Shown: positions 50,764 through 64,000 of the stretch, one piece after another
Numbering within the stretch: the first letter of the stretch is position 1
How the letters are laid out: every line of letters starts with the position of its first letter
Assembly (NCBI RefSeq): GCF_009914755.1
Contig: NC_060934.1
Source of the DNA: the human T2T-CHM13v2.0 reference genome, Homo sapiens
Reading direction: 5' to 3' (one strand)
Length of the DNA stretch: 64,000 bases
Program-made: the position numbers and the translations under genes
The notes under the pieces: generated by a model
Told to the model about the DNA's origin: nothing
The model's input: the letters and a program-made list of their open reading frames with translations, nothing else
The model's database searches: none

Positions 50764-51983
50764 ACAGGCCTGTTATGCCAGCTGGTTTTTGGTGTTGTAG
50801 GCTGAACGTGAAGTTGATATAATTGGGCTCAGTATGTGTCTTTCCTTAGAGGGAGACAGCCGCTAGAATAATAAATCAGCAGTGGAACTTTCAATAGATA
50901 CTTCTGGAATGTCTTTGACTTTTACATACCTCTCTTGGCATTTAGATTTGAATCTGATTTTCAGAGAAGAAAGGGTTATAGATCACAATCTGAGTCTTCA
51001 ACAGCATATTTGTAGACCTTAGAGGAGTAAGAAAGAAGGGGAGAGGGAGAGAAAAAAGCCCTGGGACAACTTCTGTGATGTTAGGATCCAGGGGATGCAC
51101 TTGGTTTTTTTCTCCATTGTGATATCCCACTTGACACATCACGATTACAAATGATGAGTAGCCTAGGACAAAACCACCAGCTTCGGTAATTTGAGTTATC
51201 ACTCATGTAATAAATATTTATTGGACACCTGTATTGTTCTAGATGGTAAAAAAAATAAAAAATAATTATGTTTCTTTCAAGCACTTCATAGTCCTTTTGG
51301 GCGCTAGACATGTGGACAATTACAATAATGCAGATTAACTTTTTTAAGAACACACAGTTTCATGCAGTTTGTTAAATTATTTTGACCAAATATCTCATCA
51401 ATCCTTTTACAACCATTTTTTTCATATGGGACAACCAAGACTTCAAGAACTCTAGTAATTTGGCAAGTACCCATAGTTTCTAAGTGACACAGCTAGGATT
51501 AAATCCAGTTTCCTCTTCTGTACAGATCATCCTCCTAATCACTGTTATATATTATTCCAACAAAATGTGTCAATCAAAGTATATGCAAAATGCCAAGGGA
51601 GCATCTAGGAGGGATTATGTGATTCTGACTGAAATAACTGAGGAAAGTTTTAAAGAAGAGGCAATATCTGTGCTCTAGCTCAATGCTCTTGATCTGGGCC
51701 AGTTGTCTTCAAACCCTGGAAACTCACTATGATGTGATAAACACAGAGTTCCTCCATAGTGCTTTCATTATGAAGAAATGTAAGAGGTGAACTGGTCACC
51801 TATGGGGATAATAGGGAACACAGCCGTTATCATAAATACTGGGAAATAAAAGGAAAGCAATAATTTGCACTTTTCTATATCAAAGTATCCCAGCTAATAA
51901 ATGAAAGAAGAAATGATAAGACTATCAACATTTGGCAGTCCTTCTCCAGCAATAAATTAACATGTTCATTCTCTTAAAAAAAA

Positions 51984-52304
<321 letters not shown>

Positions 52305-53399
52305 TAATGTGACTAAAGAAAAGAAGAAGTTGGGATAATTCATGAGCTGCATTCTATACACAGAATGAGACAAACAATTGATAAATAAATAATATATAAT
52401 TTAACTTGTGACTAGTGCTGCAATGAAGATGCACTGATAGAAAATACTAAGGTGGAGGGGGGAAAATGAGGGGAGGGCCTTCTTGATTAGAGCTAGACAG
52501 GACCAATGAAAAGGCATTAGACATGTAGAGCTACTAGAAGTTTCCAAAGCAGAGGGAAAGACAGGTGTGAAAGCTCCAAGGCAAATTCAGGACATAGGAA
52601 CAGAAAAGTTTTCATTGAAACTATATTATGAGAAGCCCATAAAAAACAATTGGAAGATTGCCTCTATTTTCAGGTATCTTGGCTCATTTTCCCTTCCAAA
52701 TGTTTACAATAAAGAGTGCTACAGGTCAAATCCTTGACTGATGTTATTATCAGATTCTTTGTAAAATTACTTAATACAGAACCAACAAAGATGGATTTGC
52801 ATAAGCAGTGATCTGAATGCACGTAACATGTGAAAGAATAAATGCTATAACAGGCTGATCAAATATTTAAGGAAAATAAGGTTTAATTTAGTTTCAAAAG
52901 CCATGCTACAGAGACAGTTGAGATGCTAATTAATATCCTCTGTCTAACTCCAGCACACAAAGCATTTGGAAGGTCTAAGGTTCTTCTTTTCTTAAGCAAT
53001 TTCTTCATAGAGGCTGTCCCCATGCCAGTTTTTTTTTTTTTGTACCCTATAACTTCTCCCAGAATGACATAGTTAAATCCCATTATTTGAGCTGCCTTGG
53101 CAGATGACTCCCAAACTGTATGTATCCCTTCTAGATACACACCAGGGTGGTCAGCCCAAGTACCCACAAGGACATAAACATTTGAAGGACACAGTAGAAA
53201 ATTAGAGTATTGTGGATGTCATTCCTCACCTAAAGGCCTTGGCAATTATCTATTTAACGGATCTGTTTTTTCCTGTGCTGGACAAATAGGACATAGCTTT
53301 AAGTTTTCCTTAACAGCAGGATGTTAGCATGTCACTTCTATCCTAGGTTCATCTAGAGAAGGATGTAATAAGCATGCCTTCTTAGGGGCTCTCTGTGTC

Positions 53400-54180
53400 T
53401 AAAATGAAATTTTCTGATTAAATGCCTTTCTCCCACTGTTTCCCTTAGCTTGCTGGTTGGTGTAGTTATCCAAGTACTTTCTCCCGCTAAAAACTTGGGA
53501 AATAATTTGGATTTTCCTCTCCTCTCCACCTGTCATACCACTCAAACAGCAAGACTTACTGATTCTATACCCTAAACATGTGCCTGGGAGCCAGGTCCTT
53601 TTCTCCTCTCTGTTGTATTCCAGTAAAATCACTCCCAAACTTGTATAACTCTGTTTCACTGATTTGGGTCTTTCTATTTCATTCTCCAGAAGGCCACCAG
53701 CCTGAATTTATTAAAAGTCTCATTTCATTACACTGGGTAAAGGCTTCTACTGAGTGCAGAACCAGTTTATTCTTAGCTTTACATTCAGGCTACTTTACTA
53801 TCTGGCCTCAACATACCTAACTCTAATGTGCTTCTTTGGCCATCAACACTCAGATACTTAAATGGGGATTAATATCCTTTCTCAAATTATCTGCATTCCT
53901 AAGACCACACCCTCACTTGTGATACCAAGTGATCACTATCAGAGGCTGCCATTTTCCCCAACTACCTCCTACTTATTTGTTCATGACCCAGCTTAATGTC
54001 AGAATATCCAAGGAAACTCCCTTCACATTTCAGGCTGATAAGGTCACTTCCCTGTGCTGTGAATGTTCTTTATCTGCTTTGGCATCTTTCTCACAGGATC
54101 ATGCACTTTGTTCCAAAATGGAAGAAACTGTGGACTTTAAACTCACGCAGTATTGGCACAAAGTAGGTGTTTAATAATTA
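53400..54180 (+). mobile_element. L2 fragments
   Basis: aaaacttgggaaataatttggatt.., gattctataccctaaacat, cttagctttacattcaggc, ending cagtattggcacaaagtaggtgtttaataa. Confidence 0.6.
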
Positions 54181-54183
54181 TGT

Positions 54184-54699
54184 AAAGGAATATAAATCAT
54201 TCTATTATAAAGATACATGCACAGATATGTTCATTGCAGCACTGTTCACAATAGCAAAGACATGGGATCAACCCAAATGCTCATCAATGATAGACTGGAT
54301 AAAGAAAATGTGGTACATATACACCATGGAATACTACACAGCCATAAAAAGGAATGAGATCATGTCCTTTACAAGGAGAGGGATAGAGCTGGAAGCCATT
54401 ATCCTCAGCAAACTAATGCAAAAACAGAAAAACAAACACCACATGTTCTCACTTATAAGTGGGAGCTGAACGATGCGAACACATGGACACATTGGGGAGA
54501 ACAACACAGACTGGATCCTGTCACGGGGAGGGAGTACGGAGAGGTAAAGAACCAGGAAAAATAGCCAATGGATGCTTGGCTTAATTCCTGGGTGATGGGC
54601 TGATCTGTGCAGTAAACCACCATGGTACACATTTATCTATGTTACAAACCTGCACATCCTGCGCAAGTACTCTGGAACTTAAACGTTGAAGAAAAAAAA
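54184..54699 (+). mobile_element. 5'-truncated L1PA (older, ~PA11-13-like) 3' end
   Basis: ORF2 C-terminus DTCTDMFIAALFTIAKTWDQPKC..WIKKMWYIYTMEYY..HMFSLISGS, 3' UTR and A-tail. Confidence 0.93.
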
Positions 54700-55191
54700 T
54701 TCAAAACTGCTTCCCGCAATGTCCCCTGCCCCCATGCCTGAAAACCTTGTAAGATTTTGGTTCTGAATTGGAAATCGTATTTCTTTAAGAAGGCAGATTT
54801 CTTATTCCTCAGGAATCTATATACCTGCTCCCAGAAACAGTAGATGGTATGTCATTAGACAGAACCTCCCCTGAGGGCATCCCTAGAATGCCAGAAAAAT
54901 GGATCAAGAGGAGACAGTAATTAGGAGTTTTCTAATAGGAGAAGAAGAAAGACAGGAATCTGAAACAAAACTTGTTTACCAGGGCTGTTGTTGCCACTGC
55001 AAACTGTGCAAGAAAACAACAATGTCTCAAATGCTACTCTCTAGGAATGGAGACAGTGGGCAGAAATGGATGCTTCTCCCAAATTATGGTAAATGCAGAG
55101 TGCCAAAACGAGCTTCTTTCTTTCTGAGAATGTTCTTCTATTTGAATTTAAGCTTATAGGCCACGGAGTGCAGGCAACCAGCAGTCGGGGA

Positions 55192-55333
55192 GGCCAGGCA
55201 CAGTGGCCCATGCCTGTAGTTCCAGCACTTTGGGAGCTGAGGCAGGAGGATCTCTTGAGTCCAGGAGTTTCAGACCAGCCTGGACAACATAGTGAGGCCC
55301 CATCCCTAAAAAAATTAATAAATAAGAAAAAAA
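55192..55333 (+). mobile_element. Free left Alu monomer (FLAM_C-like)
   Basis: ggccaggcacagtggc..gaggcaggaggatctcttgagtccaggagtt..caacatagtgaggcccc followed by an A-rich tail; no right arm. Confidence 0.88.
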
Positions 55334-56999
55334 ATTATCATTGAAAGAATGAGTTAATGAATTAATCAGTGCATATATGTTCTCCAAAATTTCACTCACA
55401 CTTTAAATGTTGCTTTTCTAAGTCAGTATGCTTCCTGATTTTACATGTATTTATTCTTCCTACCTACTCCTTCCACCCCCAGATGCACACACACTTACCT
55501 ATGGCTTTCAGCCATTTCATATTAGGGAATTTGCCTCATTGTTGTATTCTATGTAACAACTAGCAGAGTTGCATTCCTCTCTTAAGTAGTTTTTGGTTTG
55601 AAAATTGCAAAAGTATTACTGAACTTTGGAGGTGTTCAGAAACTGTATGTCGGAAGAGCTTGAGGCTCCTCTGCATGTGGTATTCTAGTGGATGGGGAAT
55701 TTTTCAATGAATATACAAAATCTCCAAGGCCTTCTGCTGTGTAAAATATAAATAGCTGCTCTTGATGTTCACACTCATTCCTACACACCTTCAACTGGTG
55801 CAAGACTTATCCTTTAGAGACCTCCTTTCACTAGATACAGTTCCGTTACGCCTTTTAAATGTTGAGTGATGACAAAATAGGACTTATTGGAGGGGTAAAT
55901 GAGGGATGGTGACGAGAACATTGATTTTAGTCCCAAATAGAGGAAGCATTCAAAAATTATCTAGTTTCCCCAAGAAATGTGCATCCCTAAGAAATACAGT
56001 GCTGCGGATAATTTCCAGTCAGTGTCTGGAGGATATCTTCAGCCATTAGAATCATAATCTACTATTAGAAACAGGTATTCAATTTTACTAGGGAAATGTA
56101 TAATGTGCTCCACTTGTGATTTTTCTGGAGAGGAATGTCAAATTTGTATTTTGCCTATGGCAGCCCCCACCCGCTTTACAGCATCTAGAAAAATTGGGAT
56201 TTAACAAGGAAGAAAACACTAGGGAAAAGAAATCATGTTTGCACTGCTTAAGATATGGATTTAAAAATATGTATTTTAAACAATTTTACTTATGAAGTTC
56301 TCTGCATACATTTACAGAGTATTTTCTATGAACCAGGAACCGAGCATGTGGTGGATAGTTAGGCATGGTCTCTGCTTTTCAAGGGCTCATATCTTATTAA
56401 TATACTTTTGTGGATGTAACAGATTTAATTTTTAATGAACATAAACATAGGGATATCAAATTTGTGTTCAAAACATCTAAATCTCAATTCTCTCCCACAA
56501 ATGGCTGCTTCTTTCCCCAGCTCCCCTGTATTAGAATGCTCTCACCTCCATATCACCAAGGAGATTTCTTTCTGGATCTTGTTATTGATAATGATTTTAT
56601 AAAAAGTTTTTGTTCAACTTTTATTGCACTTAATTACTGATTTGGTGAATTCGTATACATATATATTCATGTTTATATATTCATGCATACATAATTGTCT
56701 ATAATTCAGCAATTATGTGTATATATATATTTATTTATTTGTATAACATTGACTATCCCATTTGTACCCTCAAAGTAACTGAAAACTCTATTATAAACTC
56801 CAGTGCCTGCTCTGAAAGTTAACTGTCAAGTCTTAGCTCTGCAATTTCTCAAGAGTAACATAACTCCTTCTCTCATTCATTGCATATTATCTTTTACACT
56901 GAATGAATAGGGGAAATAGCAAGAAAAGGAGAAGCACTGGAATGAATGCAGCAGCCATCAGGCCCTTTATTCTGTTCCTCAAGCAAAGACTCTTTCTGC

Positions 57000-57480
57000 G
57001 AGCCTAGGGCAGGTCCGAAAGAGATGGAGCTATCTGAACCACGTGGGGCCATTTGGAACAAGGCTTCCAGATGATGCAGTGAGCTAAGGTGAGGCAGCAG
57101 TCAGCTTCCCTGGTAGTAGAGGAAGTTTTCTCAGAAGAGATGCAAGTTAAACAGGGGTCCAACAAAGGAAGAATGTCTAGTGGACATTTTGCAAAACATA
57201 AAGTCAGCTGACAGATATCTGGAAGAGCCTGTGAGATCTTCAGAAGAAAGGCCAGGTTTTTTGTTATCCTTGCACTCATGCACTGGCATGAGGCCCAGCC
57301 TGAATGAAAGATAGAACTCATTTTTCAAGATGAAATCATCTTTGCATTTGCCTTAGCTTGCGGCTGGTCTGGCTTCTGAGATTGCTGTAGGTACTGAGGA
57401 AGAAAAGGAAAGAATTCATAATCACAATCAATAACAGAGAACGAATAACTTGAAGTCTATGATGAGTCAATCTGTGTATG
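57000..57480. promoter_or_regulatory. Candidate myeloid enhancer (PU.1/ETS, STAT, C/EBP, E-box, MEIS, AP-1)
   Basis: CACGTG 57040-57045, AGAGGAAGT 57118-57126, TTCTCAGAA 57128-57136, TTTTGCAAAA 57187-57196, GTCAGCTGAC 57203-57212, TGACAG 57209-57214, TGAGTCA 57463-57469. Confidence 0.5.
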
Positions 57481-58944
57481 CATTCATGCATTCTTGCATT
57501 TGTCTCTACTAAGATGAACTTAAATGCCCCCAAGAGACACATTCCCAGGGACTCACATCTTCAGCACATCAGGACCTCCTCACATGGGGCCACATCAAGC
57601 ATATGTGTGGTCGCAGGCTGTCATTCCCTACTCAACGTCTTTCAGGGTAGAAACAGCTCCACTTACTCCAATCATATACGTTTTTTTGAGCAACCTGTCT
57701 GTATCAAGGGCAGTGTAAAGAGTGAAGATCAAAACAATAACTCATTCAGGGCTGTAAGAACTCACAGTCTGATGGGAGAGAGATAGCAGAAGACTATGGG
57801 TGACATGATACACTCTTCTCCTCCATAACAAGACACTAGCCATGGGTTTGGAAAGAAGCTCTATAAAAGTGGTTTCTGTGGATTTTGTTTGTTTGTTTTT
57901 AAGCAGTATTTCTGCAAGAGGATGCATGACAGAGTGGAGTGGTCTGTAGAAAAATAAGTTTGAGATATGCTTTTACTTTTATACATCAAGTTCAACATTT
58001 CCCTCTCTGGTAAATTTTTATAAAATGGATTAGCACACTACAAGTTCTCATAAATCCTGCAGTGAAGAAACCTACTTGTTTTGTTTAAGTTAGGATTTAA
58101 TTACCCCCATGGGCCTCTCTTTGGGGAATGCTGCTTTATATCTTCCAGACGGCTTCCCTGAGTTATTGTGGGTGCCTATAGGCCTGGTGAGCACAGATAA
58201 GACCTGCAATAGAACCCATACCATCAGAGCACTTGAGGATGGATAAACCTTTGGTCTCATTCTGGCTAATCTTCTAGCAAGTCAAGCAGTTAAAAACCCT
58301 GAAGACTGGCCTTAGCAGCTGGTCACTCAGCTTCTCCTTGGTGGGAAAACTCATGCTTTATATAATAAACCAAAATCTACAACTTTTGACTGCTCTTTTT
58401 GATGTTGTGTTCTGAAGAAATCTGCCTACACCCTCTTCTGGAGCAGATTTGAAAGCATCCCTCAAATCTCTTGTTGCCAAAGCTTCTCAGAAATTTGACT
58501 CTTCAAACCCAAAGCCACTCTCTAGTCAAACTCTTCTCATCCTCTGCTCAGGTGGATTTTTAAAAAAGGCACTTTAAATACGTTTATTGATTGCATAATT
58601 AGTGTGGATTTAACTTGGTCAACACAAAATCATTTATCAAGTTCAACACTGACATTTTTATTTTGGTAAATCTTATTGAATCCAACAAAAATTTCCATGT
58701 AATGGACAGCCTAATAAAATACTCAACAGTTGCCCTGCCACAACTGAAGGCTTTGTTTTCCATAGTCATTCTCTATTAGTGAGTGTTTCTCTCTGTTTAT
58801 ATGTTTTCCCTAGTGTTTAACTCAACATCATTTAATCACTAAATTGGTATCACAGGTATTTTTCTAAATTAAAAGCCTTATCATCTACGTTAACTGCTTG
58901 GCTACTGAAGAGTTGCTTCTTCCTGATACAAAAAAGAATAGCAA

Positions 58945-59200
58945 TATAATAGTAAGCAGTTCTGTCCCTCTGTAATACCTATGTGTGCCAGATGGTGGTC
59001 TAGGTGCTGTAAACAATTCAACTTATACACACCTCAAGACAACTCTAGAGGAAGATGAAATTATTTTTCCCATTTTATAATTAGAAACTGAAATGCAGGG
59101 AACTTAAATAACTCATCTAGATGACTCAAATTAGCATATCTAGTTGGAGCTTGAATTTGAACCCAAGCAGTCTTCCTTCAGAGTCCACACTCGTAAGGAT
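58945..59200 (-). mobile_element. MIR
   Basis: tacctatgtgtgccag..cccattttataattagaaactgaaatgcagggaacttaaataact..gaatttgaacccaagcagtct..cagagtccacactc. Confidence 0.8.
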
Positions 59201-60089
59201 TATATTATATGACTTGTCTCAGTTGAATTAGTACAGATTTGATCCTAGAAGGCCTCCAGTACAATTGATTTGGCTGTCAAATATTTAAAGAATTGAAGAA
59301 TCACCTGTGACCATGATGAATAGGGAGAATTCATGTAGGTAAATATTAACATTAGAAAATTTATCTGATAAATGCAAGAAATTTAGCAAAACCCAGGAGT
59401 GATGGTGTGGGGAGCTTGGGTGTTTGTTTCCCATTTCACAAAACAAAGCAGCCAACCTTACATTCATCTCAACAAGTAGTTTATTTAACTTCTCAGAGGA
59501 AGAGCAGCAAATGTAAATAAAATCAATAACAGCGACTGAAAAATCTTAACAGGGAATGTATATCAGCTTTCCTCTGTGTGCCTCTGCTTGTCTATTTTAT
59601 TCAAGATACTGAATACATGATTTCTCATTTGGGTTTCTGTGCTGTACTAGGCTTCAGCAATATATGCATCAAACATTTTGAAAGTCTGCCCCAAGAGGCA
59701 AAAAGACCATGTGAATTATACATTGCCTCACAGAGTGATGATACTGTAGACCTACTTGCATGTTTGTTTTTGAAGAATTTCATCCAGGATAAAAAAAGAG
59801 AAATATAGTTGAAAGGGTTCTATAGGTTTGACAATTCAAAATAAAAAAATGTTATCTCTATGGAAAGTCATAGTGGTTAAGTAGGATTCATATCTCTTCT
59901 ATTTGGAATCCAGCATGGCCTCTTCTATTGTTTTGTCTGCCAGACTGTGAGTGTCCCCAGATCTATGATATTTTGCAAAAGCTGAGTTGTTATCTTAGCT
60001 GATGTCTAATAACCCTATTTATGGCACAGCCATGTTGGAAATAATCATTAGTATTCTTAGCCTTGTTCTATAAACTCATAATGATGTGT

Positions 60090-60420
60090 TTCATTGTTTG
60101 TGGTGTTAGCCTTGGGCTGTTAGACACAATTCTGTTTACGACTATGAAGTCAGACTGTCCATCCAGAACATGACGGATTATGTATTCACTACATCTGCTG
60201 AATCAGCTGTGTCTGTGCAGTGAATACCACATCCTCATTTTCAGAACTCCATGAGCTTTCAGGTAAAAATCTATAAGATTTACCTTGTAATGTATAGAAC
60301 ACAATTTATTTCATTTTCTTCCGTTAAATTTATTCCTTGTGGTTTCTGTTATCCATAGCTTGTAGTTTGCATTACAAGTTGAAATTCCTTTTTGTTTTTG
60401 CTGTGGTATAATATCCATGT
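60090..60420. promoter_or_regulatory. Candidate RUNX-rich enhancer
   Basis: TGTGGT/ACCACA at 60099, 60226, 60338, 60402; TGCTGAATCAGC 60196-60207; overlapping CTTCCG/CCGTTA (ETS/MYB) 60318-60326. Confidence 0.35.
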
Positions 60421-60729
60421 GAGAATCGTCTTTCTTCATCTCAGATAGAGAAATACAAACCACCCTTTTACTCATTCACTGAGAGACTGAACTAGCACAT
60501 TTTTATAAAACTGGATCAAAATGTGCTTGTGATCAGCTGTCATCTTGTGGAGTTTCCTTTTTTTTTTCTTGCCACAATTGGAGTTCTAAACCCCTTATAA
60601 TAAGCACATATATTAGATATAGTCATGTGTTGATTCAATAACCTGATTTCTTCCCTCCTTTGGCTTTATCACATTTGTCATATAACTGTCAAGTCTCCCT
60701 GAGTATTTGCCCAACATCCATTGAGCACA

Positions 60730-60945
60730 TGGCAAGGAGAAAATGTGGAGGATTTTATGGAGATGGTTTGAAAGGGGATTCCCATGCCTTCTGTCCACGT
60801 TTCTGTGGCCAACAGTCAGTCACATGATCCCACTTAGATGCAAGGGGTTCTATATAATGTAGTCCCTGGCTCAGGGGATGCCCCAGAGACAGTTCTATAC
60901 TCTAAAAGAGGAGTATGAATCCTTAGTAGACAGTTTTCCAACTGT
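60730..60945 (-). mobile_element. MaLR LTR fragment, MLT1J/K-like
   Basis: ttctgtccacgtttctgtggccaacagtcagtcacatgatcccacttagatgcaagggg..aatgtagtcc. Confidence 0.65.
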
Positions 60946-62439
60946 ACCACTCTGTGTGATCTTAGAAGACTTTCTGAGCCTGTTTTCTTATATTTTAAAT
61001 GAAGAGAACTTAACTACCTTACAGATTATTATTATTATTATATGGGATTATATACACAAAAAACATGTGAGCTGAAAAATGCTACACAGATTCATTATTT
61101 TTATAAATGATATGAGTAAAATTTATTTATTTATCTTACCTTAACCTAGAGAATTAGAAGAGCGCTCAGGAGCTAGGCCGTATTATGAGTAAATTGTCTT
61201 TGTCTTCATAATTGTACTTTTTCTTCAGAGCTTCTTTTGTGTCTTTATGGGATGTGCCAACAGAGCTTATGAAGTCAAATCTTACAGATAAGAAGGAAGA
61301 GTCTGGGAAAACCAGGATGATTGATTACCCTATCTACAAACCGATTTTGACCATTTCCAGGGTTTGTTGTCTGTAACCATTGCATTAATTCAATAGTAAA
61401 AATTATCAACCAAAGACAATACCTAAACTAAGCATCACACAAAATTGTCTCCACAATAGCTTTATGTAGAGAGAAACCAATGTGCAAGGTATCAATGGCA
61501 CCTGGTGTCTATACTATGAGAATAGATATAGGGAAGATCATGCACAGGTTAAAAGCCTGATGTTTTGAGCTAAAAAAAAAAAAAAACCTAGTTTGAACTT
61601 ATCTGTACATTAACCAGTTGCATAGATCTCGGTGAGTTATTTAACGGTCTTGTCTTCTGTTTCTCATTTATTCAACAGAGAGAAGGTTAAAAGCATGTTG
61701 TTTTTATTAGAGTTGAATTTGATGATGCTTCTAAAGGGTTAGCTGCAGGGGAGGTCCACTGTGGGGATTTAGCCACATGCTTTTCATGTGTCATTTTTAC
61801 ATGTCACAGAAATGCTATGGATATATAAAGTTCCACAGTGAGATAGTCATAAAATTGGAACTGGAACTCAGGACTGTCTGAATCCAAAGCTCTCTTTCAT
61901 AATCATATTTTGTTCCCTTTCTGGGCATGGCATTGTGCCTGGCCTATGGCAATTGCTCAGTAAATCACAGCAGTTATTGTTCTCTTTCATATCTGTGCCC
62001 AGATCAATTGCCAGATGGAAGTGGGTATTTTGTTCTTTAGTCATCTATATATTAGACTTGAGCATTCCTCACAGTGCTAGTGGAGCCACAACTGCCCCAC
62101 ACCCTCTGAGATATGGCTCTCCCAGAACCTTCATAGACAAGGCATAAAGTTGTTTGCTATGTACTTTATCTGTATTAACAATTTTACCTATTTGTAATGG
62201 GTTTGTTTTTCTAAGAAGTTTGAACTATGAGTACTCCCCTTTCTAAAACTGGTTATGAGGAAGAATAGAACAGGATATAAAAGAATATCTTAGAAACAAA
62301 GAATGGAGAATATATGCTACACTCGTGTTCAAACAGTTAAAAAAAATAAAAAAATGCCAAAATAACTTACAAAATAGATCAAGGAGACAAAACAAAAAGC
62401 CCGAAGTGTAAAATATAATGTATTATTAAGCTAGTATTT

Positions 62440-62792
62440 ACAATGAATGAGGAGAAGATCAATTACTTCATATATACTGCACAACCATTCAGATAAAAAA
62501 AGTTAGTTCTTCTTTTCATCTCAAAACACTCAGGAAAGCACCCAATTTCAGATGGACCAAACATTTAAATGTTTAAAGTAAAACTACAAAAGAAGCAGAA
62601 AACACAGGTGATATCTCTTTGATTTCAGGGAGGGAAAAAGCTATTCAAAGCAAACAAAAAGTTAACAATGAAATCAACTATAGAGGCAAATTGTATATTT
62701 GGGAAGTTAACTGCTAAAGGAAATCTGTACATCAAAAAGCATATTAAACTAAATTGAGAGGCAAATATTAACCTGAGGAAAACATTTGCAAC
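62440..62792 (+). mobile_element. Old L1 (L1ME-like) ORF2 fragment
   Basis: aatttcagatggaccaaacatttaaatgt..aaaactacaaaa..aaatctgtacatcaaaa..ggaaaacatttgcaac. Confidence 0.6.
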
Positions 62793-62804
62793 GTACTCTC
62801 ATTG

Positions 62805-62975
62805 AGTTTTCACAATATTCCTGTGAGGTAGATAATAATATCTCCATTTATAATGAGGAAATTGACAGCACAGACACTTTAAGTAATTTAGTAATTTGCC
62901 CAAGGTCATTCAGCTAATGAGTGGAGGGACTGGAATTTGAACCCTCAAAAACTGAACTCCAAGCACTCTTTACCT
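62805..62975 (-). mobile_element. MIR
   Basis: cctgtgaggtagata..ctccatttataatgaggaaattga..taatttgcccaaggtcattcagctaatgagtggagggactggaatttgaaccc. Confidence 0.85.
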
Positions 62976-63076
62976 CACACGTGGCTCCCTCGAGTAAGAA
63001 AACAGCTCTAGAGCCCAGGGCCATGATTTTGTTTGTTTGTCCCATAATAAGCAGCCATTTACTTTCAGATAATATA

Positions 63077-64000
<924 letters not shown>

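Noticed and set aside
59280-59470. Unique stretch with FOX/SOX-like motifs that looked familiar
   Set aside because: I could not tie it to any named element; the motifs alone are too common.

Overview
Human-type (simian primate) non-coding, AT-rich genomic DNA, intronic or intergenic. I find no supportable protein-coding gene. Every ORF in the track that I can assign is a transposon remnant (L1 ORF1/ORF2, Tigger transposase, antisense Alu), a microsatellite read-through or a short chance frame. Roughly half the window is interspersed repeat: 12 Alu/FLAM copies or fragments, a full-length Tigger1 (20140-22540), a near full-length ancient L1MB with nested insertions (31531-39497), a full-length dead L1PA8-type element (40371-46883), Tigger3b, Tigger13a-like, MaLR/ERVL solo LTRs, and many MIR/L2 relics. 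The unique sequence between repeats looks like an enhancer cluster. The main signals are: (i) a 30-bp tandem repeat at 26271-26353 that builds five perfect POU octamers (ATGCAAAT) within 68 bp; (ii) an E-box/octamer/SOX-like module at ~24.0 kb inside a repeat-free block; (iii) several haematopoietic-type motif clusters (ETS/PU.1, RUNX, C/EBP, STAT, GATA, MARE) at ~2.2, 10.9, 48.7, 57.2 and 60.2 kb; (iv) two CpG-retaining patches. Together these suggest, without proof, the 8q24.21 CCDC26 / distal MYC-enhancer region. That assignment comes from memory of motif arrangement and needs an alignment. Repeat subfamily names are by-eye recognition, not a RepeatMasker run.
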